This document shows, one piece after another, positions 20,899-32,315 of a stretch of 64,000 bases of DNA. How positions within the stretch are numbered: position 1 is the first letter of the stretch; every line of letters starts with the position of its first letter. The notes under the pieces were generated by a model, which saw nothing but the letters and a program-made list of their open reading frames with translations, ran no database searches and was not told the DNA's origin. A program made the position numbers and the translations under genes. This stretch comes from Leptospira sp. (lineage in GTDB: Bacteria > Spirochaetota > Leptospiria > Leptospirales > Leptospiraceae), in NCBI GenBank assembly GCA_009991425.1, contig JAACWH010000033.1, forward strand, positions 302 to 64,301. The letters are read 5' to 3'.

Positions 20899-21537
20899 AT
20901 GGAAACTATACTAGTAAAAGCAACACAACGATCAGAGCAAGAAACAGGGAAAGGTGCGAACCATAGACTAAGAGCTAGTGGAATGATCCCTATCAATGTT
21001 ATTGGAAGTGGCAAATCTGTTCTTGGTTCGGTGAATGAAAAGGACATGAATAAAATCATTGATTCTGGAATTCGTCAAGCAACTCTACTCAATCTTGAAT
21101 TAGGATCTAACACAGAGAAAGTTTTCGTGAAAGAAATCCAAAGATTTCCTCATACAGGTCAAATCAGACATATCGATTTTTACAAAGTAACCCCAGGTAA
21201 GAAGATTACTACTCGGGTTGCAATTGAAACTTCGGGTGTTGCAAAAGGTTCTAAGCTTGGTGGACAATTCGACCACATTGTGAAACAAATTAAGATTAAA
21301 TCTATTCCTGAAGATCTGAAAGACATCATCACTGTTGATGTAACAAATCTTGATGTTGGTGATATGATAAAAGTTAGCCAACTTCCTGTTCCAAAAAGCT
21401 GGGAAATCATTGTAAACGGTGATCCTATTGTTGTATCAGTAATGAAAACTAGAGCACTTCTTGCTCAAGAAAAAGCAGATAAAGATGCAGCAGCTGGCGG
21501 TAAAGGAAAAGATGCCGGCAAGAAAAAAGGGAAATAA
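20899..21537 (+). CDS. ctc: 50S ribosomal protein L25 / general stress protein Ctc
   Basis: 212 aa with an L25/Ctc-like N-terminus and a Lys/Ala-rich tail. It sits in the conserved position between prs and pth. Confidence 0.85.
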   Translation: METILVKATQRSEQETGKGANHRLRASGMIPINVIGSGKSVLGSVNEKDMNKIIDSGIRQATLLNLELGSNTEKVFVKEIQRFPHTGQIRHIDFYKVTPGKKITTRVAIETSGVAKGSKLGGQFDHIVKQIKIKSIPEDLKDIITVDVTNLDVGDMIKVSQLPVPKSWEIIVNGDPIVVSVMKTRALLAQEKADKDAAAGGKGKDAGKKKGK

Positions 21538-21569
21538 ACCACTCTGAGATCGAATAGCGGAAGTGCCCT

Positions 21570-22142
21570 TTGAAACTCATTGTTGGATTAGGTAATCCTG
21601 GAGATAAATACAATAACAATCGATCGAATATAGGTTTCAAGATTTTAGATGTTCTAGCCAACAACACTGGTATAGAAATTAAAACGAAAAAGAAGAAATC
21701 TATTATAGGTCGAGGCGATTTTGAGGGTTCAGAAGTTGTACTTTTGAAACCTCAAACCTTTAGTGATCTCTCTGGTGAATCTGTACTCTACATAGCATCT
21801 TTTTTGAAGATTCAAGTCCAGGATATCGTTGTAATCCAAGAAGACGCGACTCTTCCTTTAGGTGCAATTGTTGTTCAAAAAGGGGGAGATTCTCAGGCAC
21901 ATCCAGGAATTGAATCAGTAGCAAAAGCTCTTAGATCTGTTAATTTTATTCGAATTCGTATTGGAATTCAAAATAAGAGCTACAATGCTAAGAAGCGAGA
22001 TGAATTTTTGCGTGATGATTTTGAGCCTCTTGAGAACCTAAGTCTTATCCAGATAATAAATGATGCTGAAGCTGCCATTCGCTCGATTTCTTTAGGAGAT
22101 ATTGAGGAGGTGATCGAAAAATACCGCTTGGGAGCAGTCTAA
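21570..22142 (+). CDS. pth: Peptidyl-tRNA hydrolase
   Basis: TTG start. N-terminus 'MKLIVGLGNPG', 190 aa. Confidence 0.9.
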   Translation: MKLIVGLGNPGDKYNNNRSNIGFKILDVLANNTGIEIKTKKKKSIIGRGDFEGSEVVLLKPQTFSDLSGESVLYIASFLKIQVQDIVVIQEDATLPLGAIVVQKGGDSQAHPGIESVAKALRSVNFIRIRIGIQNKSYNAKKRDEFLRDDFEPLENLSLIQIINDAEAAIRSISLGDIEEVIEKYRLGAV

Positions 22143-22157
22143 TGAAGGAGCTTATCC

Positions 22158-24119
22158 ATGAATAAAAATATTAAAAATGTAATCCTAACCTTTTCGATTC
22201 TTCTACTATTTCTCTTCCTCTTTATGAATCGAGAGAATTCCTTTTCCAAACCTAAGGAAGTATCCTACTCCGAATTCTTGAACATGCTGGAACCAATTGA
22301 TGGTAAGAAGCCAATCGGTAAGCTTGTTCGCGATGATGATTCCAGCAAGCAACTCACAATTGAAAAAGAATCCATTGAAGGATTTTTCATTCCTGCGGAA
22401 TCCAAAGACGGAAAAGCCGTTCCTTTCAAAACTAATATAGCTCCTATCCAAGATGAACTCGTTCAAAAACTTAGAAAGGATAGAATTTCTTTCCAAGCAA
22501 AAGTCGTTGAAGAAAATCGTTTCCTAAATATACTAACAGCTATTATTCCCTGGATTCTTATACTTGGATTGATTTGGTTTGTTATGATGAAGCAACTACA
22601 AGCAACTGGTAATCGTGCATTCACATTTGGTAAATCAAAAGCAAAGATGAATGTTGATTCTAAAGTCAAGGTAACATTTGATGATGTAGCTGGTTGCGAT
22701 GAAGCAAAAGTTGAATTACATGAAATTATAGAATTTTTAAAAGATCCAAAGAAATTTCATTCTATTGGAGCAAGAATTCCAACTGGAGTTCTCTTAATTG
22801 GACCACCAGGAACTGGTAAAACTTTACTTGCACGAGCTGTTTCTGGCGAGGCTGGAGTTCCTTTCTTTTCCATCTCAGGTTCAGATTTCGTTGAGATGTT
22901 CGTTGGTGTGGGAGCTTCACGAGTTAGAGATCTTTTTGACCAAGGGAAGAAGAATGCCCCTTGTATTATATTTATTGATGAGATTGATGCTGTAGGTAGA
23001 TTGCGAGGCGCAGGACTTGGTGGCGGTCACGATGAGAGAGAGCAGACACTCAATCAAATGTTAGTTGAAATGGATGGTTTTGAAAAGAACGAAGGTGTCA
23101 TAGTAATGGCAGCAACTAACAGATCAGATGTGTTAGATCCTGCCCTTCTTCGTCCAGGTCGTTTTGACAGACAGGTTATGGTTGGTTTACCAGATGTCAA
23201 AGGAAGAGAAGAGATTCTTAAGGTTCACGCTAAAAAAATCCCTATGACTCCTGATATTTCCTTAAATCAAATCGCGAGAGGAACTCCTGGTTTTACAGGT
23301 GCGGATCTTTCTAACTTGATCAATGAAGGTGCTCTACTTGCTGCTAGAAGAAATAAGAAACGAGTGACTCAGTCTGAATTGGAAGAAGCTAGAGACAAGG
23401 TAATGATGGGTCCTGAGAGAAGATCTTTTTTCATCTCAGAAAAAGAGAAAGAAGTGATTGCCTACCATGAAGGCGGACATGCGATTCTTGCAAGCTTACT
23501 TCCTTATACAGAACCAGTTCATAAAGTAACAATCATTCCACGAGGCGGAGCATTAGGACTTACCCAGTCACTACCAGCCGAAGAAAAACACATTCATTCT
23601 AAATTGTATTGGTTGGATCAAATCGTTGTGGCTATGGGTGGATTCATTGCTGAGGAATTTAAATTTGGAACAACTTCCACTGGCTCTTCCAATGATATTC
23701 AATATGCAACTAACATCGCACGCAAGATGGTCTGTGAATGGGGTATGTCTGACAAATTAGGAACTATCAATTATAATGGCGCACAAGACTCCGTATTTGT
23801 TGGAAGAGACTATGGAAACAGCGGCAAGGTCTACAGCGAAGAATTCGCAGGCATGATAGACACAGAAGTTAAGAAGATCGTACAAACTAGCTTAGACAAA
23901 GGCCGTGATATGGTTCGCAAGAATTCTAAGAAATTAGAAGGCATTGCAAAAGCACTTTTAGCCAAAGAATCTATTGATCACGACGAATTGGTAGCTATTG
24001 TTCATCCTGCTTCCGCAAATGACAAAAAGAAGTCAGCCGTAAAAGGAAATTCCAAATCTTCTGCAAAAACAAAAGCGGAATCTTCACGGAATATCAGCAA
24101 GCCAGCTCTATCTTCTTAA
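22158..24119 (+). CDS. ftsH: ATP-dependent zinc metalloprotease FtsH
   Basis: Two TM helices, Walker A '[13 protein letters not shown]', Walker B '[10 protein letters not shown]' and zinc motif 'HEGGHA'. Confidence 0.95.
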   Translation: MNKNIKNVILTFSILLLFLFLFMNRENSFSKPKEVSYSEFLNMLEPIDGKKPIGKLVRDDDSSKQLTIEKESIEGFFIPAESKDGKAVPFKTNIAPIQDELVQKLRKDRISFQAKVVEENRFLNILTAIIPWILILGLIWFVMMKQLQATGNRAFTFGKSKAKMNVDSKVKVTFDDVAGCDEAKVELHEIIEFLKDPKKFHSIGARIPTGVLLIGPPGTGKTLLARAVSGEAGVPFFSISGSDFVEMFVGVGASRVRDLFDQGKKNAPCIIFIDEIDAVGRLRGAGLGGGHDEREQTLNQMLVEMDGFEKNEGVIVMAATNRSDVLDPALLRPGRFDRQVMVGLPDVKGREEILKVHAKKIPMTPDISLNQIARGTPGFTGADLSNLINEGALLAARRNKKRVTQSELEEARDKVMMGPERRSFFISEKEKEVIAYHEGGHAILASLLPYTEPVHKVTIIPRGGALGLTQSLPAEEKHIHSKLYWLDQIVVAMGGFIAEEFKFGTTSTGSSNDIQYATNIARKMVCEWGMSDKLGTINYNGAQDSVFVGRDYGNSGKVYSEEFAGMIDTEVKKIVQTSLDKGRDMVRKNSKKLEGIAKALLAKESIDHDELVAIVHPASANDKKKSAVKGNSKSSAKTKAESSRNISKPALSS

Positions 24120-24584
24120 ATGCAGTATTGGCTTTTTAAAACCGAGCCTAATGTCTTTTCGATAGACGACCTCAGAGCCTCTCCCAGATCAACCAGCTTT
24201 TGGGAGGGTGTTCGAAACTACCAAGCTCGAAATCTACTCAGAGATACAATTCAAAAAAATGATCTCGTATTTATCTACCACAGTCGAGTGGAACCTTTGG
24301 GAGTTGTAGGTATTGCAAAAATTACTAAATCAGGCTATCCTGATCCATTTGCCTTTGAACCTAGTCATAAATACTTTGATCCCAAGAGTAAGAAAGAATC
24401 ACCAACCTGGTATGGAGTAGATGTTACCTTGGTTGAGATTTTTCCGAGAACAGTAACTTTGAAAGAAATCAAAGAAACGAAAGGTTTAGAAAAAATGATG
24501 GTTGCACAAAAAGGAGCCAGGCTTTCTATTCAACCTGTAAGTGAGAAGGAATTTAAGATTATACAAAAGCTCTCAGCCAAATAA
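24120..24584 (+). CDS. EVE (PUA-like) domain protein
   Basis: 'MQYWLFKTEPNVFSIDDL...WEGVRNYQARNLLRD'. The ATG immediately follows the ftsH stop codon. Confidence 0.8.
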   Translation: MQYWLFKTEPNVFSIDDLRASPRSTSFWEGVRNYQARNLLRDTIQKNDLVFIYHSRVEPLGVVGIAKITKSGYPDPFAFEPSHKYFDPKSKKESPTWYGVDVTLVEIFPRTVTLKEIKETKGLEKMMVAQKGARLSIQPVSEKEFKIIQKLSAK

Positions 24585-24619
24585 TCCTTTCATACTCCTC
24601 TAAATAAATAAAACATAAT

Positions 24620-26617
24620 ATGACAATTCTCGGAATCGCAATGCACCTTCCCTTGCAAGAACCAATCTTGATTTTCTTTGTGGTTCTTTCTATCATACTC
24701 GCAACCCCCATAGCTTTAAAATTCTTTCATATCCCATCCTTAACTGGAATGATTTTAGCTGGTGTCGCTATTGGCCCACATGGATTTCATATTCTAAACA
24801 GAGACACTAGTATAGTTTTATTTGGAACAGTTGGACTTTTATACATAATGTTCACTGCAGGATTAGAAATTGATCTAAGTGATTTTAAGAAAAATAGGAA
24901 AAAAAGCTTAGTATTTGGAGCACTTACATTTCTCGTTCCTATGCTATTAGGTACTCCTAGCGTTCATTATATTCTTGGATACAACTGGACTTCATCCATA
25001 CTACTCGCATCTATATTTGCATCCCATACTTTAATCTCATATCCTATACTTAGTAAAATGGGAGTATCTAAATTAGAAACTGTAAATGTAACTGTTGGTG
25101 GAACATTAATTACAGATACAGCTTCCTTAATTGTACTAGCTGCTGTAGTCGGCTCTGCACAAGGTGATGTTGATTTTTACTTTTGGGCTAAGTTAGGTAT
25201 ATCGATAGCAATATTTGCAACTGTAGTATTGGTTGGATTTCCCCTTCTAGGAAGATGGTTCTTCCGCGCTGTTCAAGATTCTGTATCACAATATATATTT
25301 GTATTGGCAATGGTATTTCTTGGTGCCATCCTAGCTGAGTTAGCTGGTCTTGAGCCAATCATTGGTGCATTCTTTAGTGGTCTTGCACTGAATCGACTTA
25401 TTCCTCATACTTCTGCTTTGATGAATAGAACAGAATTTGTTGGCAATGCAATCTTCATTCCTTTCTTTCTTATTAGTGTGGGAATGCTTGTTAATCTTAA
25501 AAGTCTATTTGAAGGCAAAGAAGCTATTATCACTGCCTCTGTTATGATAGTAGTGGGCTTGATTGCAAAATGGATAGCTGCCTATGCTTCGCAAAAAATT
25601 CTAAAATACAACAAAGTTGAACGTAATCTGATCTTTGGCTTATCGAGTTCTCGTGCTGCGGCAACTCTAGCAGCTGCCTTAATTGGATATAAGATAGGCT
25701 TCTTTGGGGAAGATGTTTTAAACGGAACTGTAATCATGATCCTTGTGACCTGCTTAGTTAGTTCATTCATTGTTGAAAAGAATGCCAAGATACTAGCAAC
25801 ACAGAAAGATGATGCCTCCGCTCATTCAGAAAAAGTAACCGAACGCATATTAGTTCCCATATCCAATCCTAAGACTGTTGAAAGCTTAATTAATCTAGCT
25901 GTCCTTATAAAAGATCCAGAGTCCGAGCATCCCATATATGCCTTAGCTGTTGTTAGGGATAACGATGAAGCCAAAGATAGGATTCTTTCATCGACTAAAA
26001 TGCTAGAAAAGGCAATTCACCATGCATCTGCAAGTGATACCCTGACCCAAATTATCACTAGAGTTGATTTAAACATTTCCAATGGAATCATTAGAGCAGC
26101 CAAAGACATTGTTGCTAGTGATATTTTAATAGGCTGGAATCCAAAATTAACTGCTAAAGATAGAATCTTCGGAACCTTGCTTACTAACCTTTTAGAGAAT
26201 TCGGAAACTATGATCTGGGTTGGGAAATGGGACCTTCCTATGAATTCAGCAAGAAAAATTACAGTAGTTGTCCCAGAATATGCTCAGTATGAACATAATT
26301 TTGAATTTTGGATTGGGAAAATAAAATACTTAGCTAAGAATTTAGGCGGAAAATTAAGCATTTACTCGCCAACTAAAACTTTGAAAAAAATTGAAGAAAC
26401 TTTAATGGAAATCAAACAAGATAAGGATGTCGCCTATTTAGAATTCAAAGACTGGACTGATATTCTTAACATTCGAAATTCATTAAGTAAGGACGATCTT
26501 CTGATTTCTGTTCTCTCAAGAAAAGGTAGCATTTCTTATGATGAAGCCATGGAATCAATCCCAAGGCTTCTCTCTCAGAATCTCAAAGAATCTAACTTTA
26601 TTTTACTTTATCCTTAA
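24620..26617 (+). CDS. Cation:proton antiporter (CPA family) with a C-terminal cytoplasmic USP-like region
   Basis: A ~390-aa polytopic Na+/H+-exchanger-like N-terminus and a ~270-aa soluble C-terminus. Confidence 0.75.
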   Translation: MTILGIAMHLPLQEPILIFFVVLSIILATPIALKFFHIPSLTGMILAGVAIGPHGFHILNRDTSIVLFGTVGLLYIMFTAGLEIDLSDFKKNRKKSLVFGALTFLVPMLLGTPSVHYILGYNWTSSILLASIFASHTLISYPILSKMGVSKLETVNVTVGGTLITDTASLIVLAAVVGSAQGDVDFYFWAKLGISIAIFATVVLVGFPLLGRWFFRAVQDSVSQYIFVLAMVFLGAILAELAGLEPIIGAFFSGLALNRLIPHTSALMNRTEFVGNAIFIPFFLISVGMLVNLKSLFEGKEAIITASVMIVVGLIAKWIAAYASQKILKYNKVERNLIFGLSSSRAAATLAAALIGYKIGFFGEDVLNGTVIMILVTCLVSSFIVEKNAKILATQKDDASAHSEKVTERILVPISNPKTVESLINLAVLIKDPESEHPIYALAVVRDNDEAKDRILSSTKMLEKAIHHASASDTLTQIITRVDLNISNGIIRAAKDIVASDILIGWNPKLTAKDRIFGTLLTNLLENSETMIWVGKWDLPMNSARKITVVVPEYAQYEHNFEFWIGKIKYLAKNLGGKLSIYSPTKTLKKIEETLMEIKQDKDVAYLEFKDWTDILNIRNSLSKDDLLISVLSRKGSISYDEAMESIPRLLSQNLKESNFILLYP

Positions 26618-27602
26618 ATTCTATCTGCCAAGTTTTATGAATCTTCTTATCGCGGAAATCGTATGGTACAGTTTGTTCTGAAAATTCAAAACAATTGTAT
26701 TCAGTTGAGATTTCTTCTGATAATTTGAATTTTCTAAAATTCGTAGAGAAAAAAAGTATTCCATCGTCATCTAGAAAATCTTTCATTAGGCTATCAATAA
26801 GAAATGTTTGCTCCATTTGTAGATCAAATATTTTTTCTTTCTTCTTATTATTGGAAAATGTAGGAGGATCCAATATGATGATATCGTATTTATTTCTTTT
26901 CTTTTTAGTCTTCATTGCTTCTATCCAATCAAAGATATCAGAGCAGACTAATTCATTTGTTTCTAAAGATAAATGATTTAGCTTCAAATTCTCTAAAGTC
27001 CAATCCATATATACAGGAGAACTATCAACACTTGTCGTGAACTTCGCGCCAGCTAAACAAGATTGAATTGTAAATGCGCCTGTGTAGCTAAACAAATTTA
27101 GAATTGATTTATCAGCAGCAAGTAAACTTACTTTTTCGCGAAGTGGACGATGATCCAAGAAAAGTCCTACATCTAAATAATCCGTTAGATTAATTTTAAA
27201 TTTCGCAAAGCCTTCAGTTACAATTTTAGTAGTGTAAGATTTTGAAAGCTTATTGTATTGAGAAGAGCCCTTTTTCTTTTCTCTAAGCTTAGTAAATAAT
27301 TTATTAGGTTTTATTTCAAAAACTTCAAGGATAATATCTTCGATAGAACGAATTCGACTATCCATGATGATATCTGATTCATCATAAGGTCCACGAAAAT
27401 ACTGCAAAACAAAATCGCCCTCATAATCATCTATAGCAACTGGAACCTGTGGCACATCCTTATCATAGATTCGATAACAAGAAATATTATTCTTTCTTGC
27501 CCATTTAGAAATTTCTTTTTTATTTTTCTTGAGACGGTTGCGGAACATTTCCAGCCCACCGCTTCCGCTTGATGTTTCGATAGTATTTGAATCTTGGTTC
27601 AA
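26598..27602 (-). CDS. Class I SAM-dependent rRNA methyltransferase (RlmK / RlmKL C-terminal-half-like)
   Basis: 'FRNRLKKNKKEISKWARKNNISCYRIYDKDVPQVPVAIDDY' resembles the E. coli RlmL C-terminal module (from memory). SAM motif 'LNLFSYTGAFT' and 'IILDPPTFS' are also present. Confidence 0.75.
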   Translation of the reverse strand: MNQDSNTIETSSGSGGLEMFRNRLKKNKKEISKWARKNNISCYRIYDKDVPQVPVAIDDYEGDFVLQYFRGPYDESDIIMDSRIRSIEDIILEVFEIKPNKLFTKLREKKKGSSQYNKLSKSYTTKIVTEGFAKFKINLTDYLDVGLFLDHRPLREKVSLLAADKSILNLFSYTGAFTIQSCLAGAKFTTSVDSSPVYMDWTLENLKLNHLSLETNELVCSDIFDWIEAMKTKKKRNKYDIIILDPPTFSNNKKKEKIFDLQMEQTFLIDSLMKDFLDDDGILFFSTNFRKFKLSEEISTEYNCFEFSEQTVPYDFRDKKIHKTWQIEFKDKVK

Positions 27603-27635
27603 AATTTAGAATTAACCACTGATAATTTAATCAAA

Positions 27636-27935
27636 TTATTTTCGACCAACGAAATAGATAAAAATAGCTGCAATCAATAGTCCGAAAGTCTCACGAAATT
27701 CTTCAGAGTCAAAGGCAAATTCTTGAATCTGAAAGAACCAAATAAAAGACATACCTAAATAAAAAGCAGAAAAACCTATACGCAGGTCATGATGAACTGA
27801 CTTGCTTAAACGATACATGGCAAGACCAGCCACAAATATATAAATACTAAACCAAAGAATAGGGTCTGGGTCGTTTAACTGTAAGTATGCGAATAAAGAA
27901 AATAAAATCGTAGTGATAAAAAGAAAAATTTTCAT
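27636..27935 (-). CDS. Small membrane protein (TMEM220-like)
   Basis: 99 aa with 3-4 TM helices and an 'LQLNDPDPILW' motif. Confidence 0.55.
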   Translation of the reverse strand: MKIFLFITTILFSLFAYLQLNDPDPILWFSIYIFVAGLAMYRLSKSVHHDLRIGFSAFYLGMSFIWFFQIQEFAFDSEEFRETFGLLIAAIFIYFVGRK

Positions 27936-27992
27936 AATCTCCTAAACTTTTAAAAATTGACCCGCATTGTCAATGCAAAATGATGTAAGCCT

Positions 27993-28397
27993 ATGATTAA
28001 AATTTTCTGCGATGGAGCTTCTAAAGGAAATCCTGGTCGCGCTTCTATTGGTGTCTGGGCAACGAATGAAGCGGGTTCTGGGAATGAGGGAGATCCTATT
28101 TTTGAGGTTTCAGAAGCAATAGGTATTGCTACAAATAATATGGCTGAATGGAAATCACTTCTTCGTGCTGTAGAAGTTGCCTTAGAAAAAAATCACAATC
28201 AAATTCAAATTTTTATGGATTCAGAGTTAGTCGTAAACCAAGTCATAGGAAAGTATAAAGTTAAGAAACCAGAATTCATTCCCTTTTGGAAACAAATCCA
28301 AGAGAGTAGAAAAAAGTTTTCTTCTTTTTCCATAAAACATGTTTTTCGAGAACAAAATAAAATGGCAGATTTACTTGCCAACCAAGCCCTACTCTAA
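27993..28397 (+). CDS. RNase H family protein
   Basis: 'IFCDGASKGNPGRASIG', 'MDSELVVNQ' and 'NKMADLLAN', a typical RNase HI-like (RVT_3) pattern. Confidence 0.8.
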   Translation: MIKIFCDGASKGNPGRASIGVWATNEAGSGNEGDPIFEVSEAIGIATNNMAEWKSLLRAVEVALEKNHNQIQIFMDSELVVNQVIGKYKVKKPEFIPFWKQIQESRKKFSSFSIKHVFREQNKMADLLANQALL

Positions 28398-28439
28398 AAA
28401 TTTTCTTTACACCCTTAATCTGGAATCCAAGATAGAAGC

Positions 28440-28859
28440 ATGGAAGGCATTCTCCCACCTATAGAAATACTACGAAGCGTTGGATTAAAAGTTACAAAAA
28501 ATCGTGAACAAGTTCTGAATATTTTGCAAGGAACTGACAGACCACTCAACCACCACGAGATTATGGAAATGCTTCCCAAAGGACAGTCCTGGGACAGAGT
28601 AACTATTTATAGAGCTCTTTCTGATCTAGAAGAGAAGCATATTTTAAACACCATGCTTACTGGTGAGAGAGTTACCTACTTTGAATTAAAGGAAGATCTG
28701 AATTCTAAGAAACATCACGGACATATTGTCTGCGATGATTGTGGTAGAATTGAATGTGTTGAGAAGCTAGACAATCCCTTCCCTAAGAAATTACAAGGCT
28801 TCAAAGTTCAGACCATGGATATTACCTTTCATGGTATTTGTAAAGAATGCCAAGATTAA
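28440..28859 (+). CDS. Fur family transcriptional repressor (Fur/PerR/Zur type not resolved)
   Basis: Winged helix followed by 'HHGHIVCDDCGRIECV' and 'HGICKECQ'. Confidence 0.85.
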   Translation: MEGILPPIEILRSVGLKVTKNREQVLNILQGTDRPLNHHEIMEMLPKGQSWDRVTIYRALSDLEEKHILNTMLTGERVTYFELKEDLNSKKHHGHIVCDDCGRIECVEKLDNPFPKKLQGFKVQTMDITFHGICKECQD

Positions 28860-28876
28860 TTCTCTCATAGAATTAA

Positions 28877-30184
28877 ATGCCAAATGTTGTAGATTTCCAA
28901 ATTTCTTTAAATTTAATTCCTAAAGAAGAAATTGATAATTTAAAATTTATTTCCAAAACTCTAAAAGAGTCTGGTGAAGAATGCTTTCTAGTAGGAGGGT
29001 CTGTTCGCGATCTTGTGCTGGGGAAAGTTCCCCATGAATACGATTTAACTACATCAGCCTTGCCTGAGACTATTAAATCTAAATTTAAAAGAGTATTTGA
29101 TACCGGAATTCTTCATGGTACAGTTACGATTGTAATTGAAAAAAGTTCCTACGAAATTACTACTTATCGATCTGAACAGGGATTTACTGATGGAAGAAGA
29201 CCAGATTCAGTCAAATTTGGAGTGTCTCTTGATGAGGATCTAGAGAGAAGAGATTTTACAATTAACTCCTTAGCATATAATATAATCACTCAAGAACTTA
29301 TTGACAATCACAACGGAATCGCTGATATCCAGAATAAAATTATCCGAACCATTGGAAAGCCCCTAGAGAGATTCACAGAAGATGGACTAAGACCAATACG
29401 AGGCATCAGATTCGCCTCAACACTTGGATTTACGATCAACCAAGAAACTGAATCAGCATTTACAGAAACACATTCTATCACGCGAAAAGTAGCAGTAGAA
29501 AGATTTGTTCAAGAACTACAAAAAATTATTTTAAGCAGCTCACCCAACATTGGTTTGCAAAAATTGCTTTCTTATAACTATTTTCAGTTATTTACAAGCA
29601 TTGAACCCACAATGAATCCAAAATGGAATTTAGAATATTTATTTCAGATGATTCCTAGCGAGAACCTTGGTTTGAAATGGGCAGTATTAAAAGAAATCTG
29701 TTTTGGAGAAATAGCTATGAGCCCTCAAAAGAATATTTTTCGAGATTTCAAGCTATCCTCTACGATAGAGAGGGAAGCTTTGTTGTTTTCTGGTCTATTT
29801 CCTTATTTATTCTCAAGTTCTGAAAAATTGGATACTAAAATTGAGCTTAAATCTAAACTTTTGGCTCCTATCAAACAATTCTACCAAGCTTCGAATCCAA
29901 AATATTTAGATTCTGTCTGGAGATTCATTCTTACATATTTTCAAGCTATAAAATCTGAATCACACATGCAAATAGACCAAATACTGAAAAATGAGGAAGC
30001 TCTAGTGCTTTCAGATTTAGCAATCAATGGAGAATGGGTAAATAATAACTTCCCAGATGCAAAAGGGAAGAAAATTGGTGAAATTCTTAGAATAATTCTA
30101 GAGTTTATTTGGGAAAATCCTAAAAAAAATTCCGAAAAAGAGATCCTTGTTCATTTAAATTCTACGGACAAGATGTTCAATTAG
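28877..30184 (+). CDS. CCA-adding tRNA nucleotidyltransferase / poly(A) polymerase family protein
   Basis: 'CFLVGGSVRDLVLG', 'YDLTT' and 'RRDFTINS'. Confidence 0.8.
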   Translation: MPNVVDFQISLNLIPKEEIDNLKFISKTLKESGEECFLVGGSVRDLVLGKVPHEYDLTTSALPETIKSKFKRVFDTGILHGTVTIVIEKSSYEITTYRSEQGFTDGRRPDSVKFGVSLDEDLERRDFTINSLAYNIITQELIDNHNGIADIQNKIIRTIGKPLERFTEDGLRPIRGIRFASTLGFTINQETESAFTETHSITRKVAVERFVQELQKIILSSSPNIGLQKLLSYNYFQLFTSIEPTMNPKWNLEYLFQMIPSENLGLKWAVLKEICFGEIAMSPQKNIFRDFKLSSTIEREALLFSGLFPYLFSSSEKLDTKIELKSKLLAPIKQFYQASNPKYLDSVWRFILTYFQAIKSESHMQIDQILKNEEALVLSDLAINGEWVNNNFPDAKGKKIGEILRIILEFIWENPKKNSEKEILVHLNSTDKMFN

Positions 30185-30355
30185 CTTATTTATTATACAA
30201 CTTGGCTTATAGTTATTCTATTTTGCCTAATTTTTAGAATATTTAAACCTGAACAACTCTTTGTAATTGTATAAAACCACTCAAAATGTTTATTTATTAG
30301 GAATAATCAAACTGGTACACCTTTTGCATCACTATACTCGAATAGGAGAAATAGA

Positions 30356-31756
30356 ATGATGATGAAGTTTTTTTCGAGACTTACCATTTTTGGTCTCATT
30401 CTGGGATCGACTGCAATTATGGCGCAGGGTACTGCACCAGCTGCAAAGCCAGTCGAAAAACCATGGTATGAGAAAGTAGAATATTCTGGATTTGTTGACG
30501 TAAACTACATGTACAACGCAAACAATAAAGAAGGAAGAACCCCAGACTCAACTGGTGGACTAAATACTTACAACAAGCAATTTCAAGTTGCTGCTGTAGA
30601 ATTAGACATCGAGAAAGTTGCTGATAAAGAATCCCCTTGGGGCTTCCGTGTTGACTTCCAAAATGGAACCAACAACCCTTACCAAGAAAATCCTTACACT
30701 GCTGTAGGTGGAACTTATAACATGAATTTGCTTCAACAAGCTTATGTTTCCTTCTACTTTGACGTTTTGGAAGGCTTAACTATTGATGTAGGTAAGATGG
30801 CTACTCATATTGGATATGAAGTTATTGAATCTATGGATAACCTGAACTACAACGTAGGTTACATATTCTTTAACACTGTTCCTTTTATCAATACAGGTGC
30901 TAGAGCTAATCTTGGTCTAACGGAAGATTGGTCTCTTGGATTGTTTCTTTACAATTCTGCTGGTGGAACTGGAGCAGATGCTACTGCATATGCTGCTGGA
31001 AAGAATGGTTATGGTGATGGAAACACTCGCAGAAAAGCGGTTGGAACTCAATTATCAGGAACTATCATTGAAGGCTTGCTAGATATTACTTGGAACACTT
31101 TATATGGTATTGACGGAACTAATGGTCGTCAATCCAATGCAAACGTATGGGCAAGTGAATATACTGGAATTCCTCTTCTTGCTAAAGAAGCTGGTAATGA
31201 TGATTATTGGTTAATCAATAACGTTATTCTTGAAATTACTCCTACTGATGGTCTATACTTTGCTCTTGATTATACTCAAGGGGAAAAAGGTGGAGCAGCA
31301 GGAAATGCTAATGATGGAACAACTTTCAATACTTCAGTGTCTACAAATGCACTATCTCTAACTCGTGATGATGCAACTGTAAAATATACATACAGAACTT
31401 ATGGTGTATGGGCGAAGTATGACTTCTCTGATGAATTCGCACTTGCTTTACGTTATGAGAGAATCGACGATTCCAGAAACGGTGGCGCTTTAGGTGTTGG
31501 CGGAAGAATCGGAGCAAACGAAAGATATGACCTACAATATTTAGGTGGTGCAACTGGAAACACTGCAGCAGGTAGATACTATTTAGGTTCAGCACAAACT
31601 TTTACTGTTACTCCGACATATTACTGGGGTGAAAACGTAATTGTTAAGCTAGATCTTAGAAGAGATGAAGCGAAAGGCCAACAATTTGTTAACGAAAAAG
31701 GACAACCATCTAGCTACCAAAACGGTGCTACTTTAGGTATTGTCGCAAAATTTTAA
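30356..31756 (+). CDS. Outer-membrane beta-barrel porin (OmpL-like porin family)
   Basis: Signal peptide 'FGLILGSTAIMAQG', alternating beta-strand sequence rich in G/Y/N, and a C-terminal 'GIVAKF'. 'aggag' RBS. Confidence 0.75.
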   Translation: MMMKFFSRLTIFGLILGSTAIMAQGTAPAAKPVEKPWYEKVEYSGFVDVNYMYNANNKEGRTPDSTGGLNTYNKQFQVAAVELDIEKVADKESPWGFRVDFQNGTNNPYQENPYTAVGGTYNMNLLQQAYVSFYFDVLEGLTIDVGKMATHIGYEVIESMDNLNYNVGYIFFNTVPFINTGARANLGLTEDWSLGLFLYNSAGGTGADATAYAAGKNGYGDGNTRRKAVGTQLSGTIIEGLLDITWNTLYGIDGTNGRQSNANVWASEYTGIPLLAKEAGNDDYWLINNVILEITPTDGLYFALDYTQGEKGGAAGNANDGTTFNTSVSTNALSLTRDDATVKYTYRTYGVWAKYDFSDEFALALRYERIDDSRNGGALGVGGRIGANERYDLQYLGGATGNTAAGRYYLGSAQTFTVTPTYYWGENVIVKLDLRRDEAKGQQFVNEKGQPSSYQNGATLGIVAKF

Positions 31757-31769
31757 TAGGAGAAACGGC

Positions 31770-32252
31770 ATGAAAAATATGAATTTAAAATTACTACTCG
31801 CCGCTTCCTTGGTTGTAGCTTTTGCTACTTCTTGCACTCAGTCAAGTGCTGAATCCAAGGATGATCCAGCGATACTACAGTATGCAGCAACCCAAATTGC
31901 TAACGCAAATGCAGTTAACTTGGACGATGCTACTGGTGTTTGTTTAGCTAACGTAGCTGCTATGAATACTTGTGTAGGTGGTACAGCTACAGGAGAAGGA
32001 TTCAGTGGAGAGCTTTGTTCAGCACCAGATACTACTCGAGCACAATTAAGCACTTCTGGTGCTGCTGCTTGTGTTGGAGCTGTAATCTCTGAAACTAGTT
32101 GTAACCTATCTGAGAATAAATTTTTGGATGCAGCTGCTGCTAAAGCAGGTGGATTTGATTTTACTGATACAACAACTACTTTTGGTAAATGTATTCAATG
32201 TGCTGGTTTAACATCTGGTACAACTGCTTACCTACTAGCAGGTTGTTCATAA
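31770..32252 (+). CDS. Cys-rich Ala/Thr-rich lipoprotein
   Basis: ATG at 31770 follows 'aggag'. Lipobox 'VVAFATSC'. There are about 10 Cys in the mature part. It is co-oriented with the porin and lies 13 nt downstream of it. Confidence 0.7.
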   Translation: MKNMNLKLLLAASLVVAFATSCTQSSAESKDDPAILQYAATQIANANAVNLDDATGVCLANVAAMNTCVGGTATGEGFSGELCSAPDTTRAQLSTSGAAACVGAVISETSCNLSENKFLDAAAAKAGGFDFTDTTTTFGKCIQCAGLTSGTTAYLLAGCS

Positions 32253-32315
32253 GAATATTACTATCTTAGTTGTATTGATTTCTATCAACCAATACAACTT
32301 TTAGTAAATTCTTTT

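Noticed and set aside
26598-26617. Two convergent gene pairs each overlap by exactly 20 nt (26598-26617 and 42020-42039)
   Set aside because: The overlapping sequences are unrelated, so the equal length appears coincidental. The only consequence worth noting is that there is no room for terminators.
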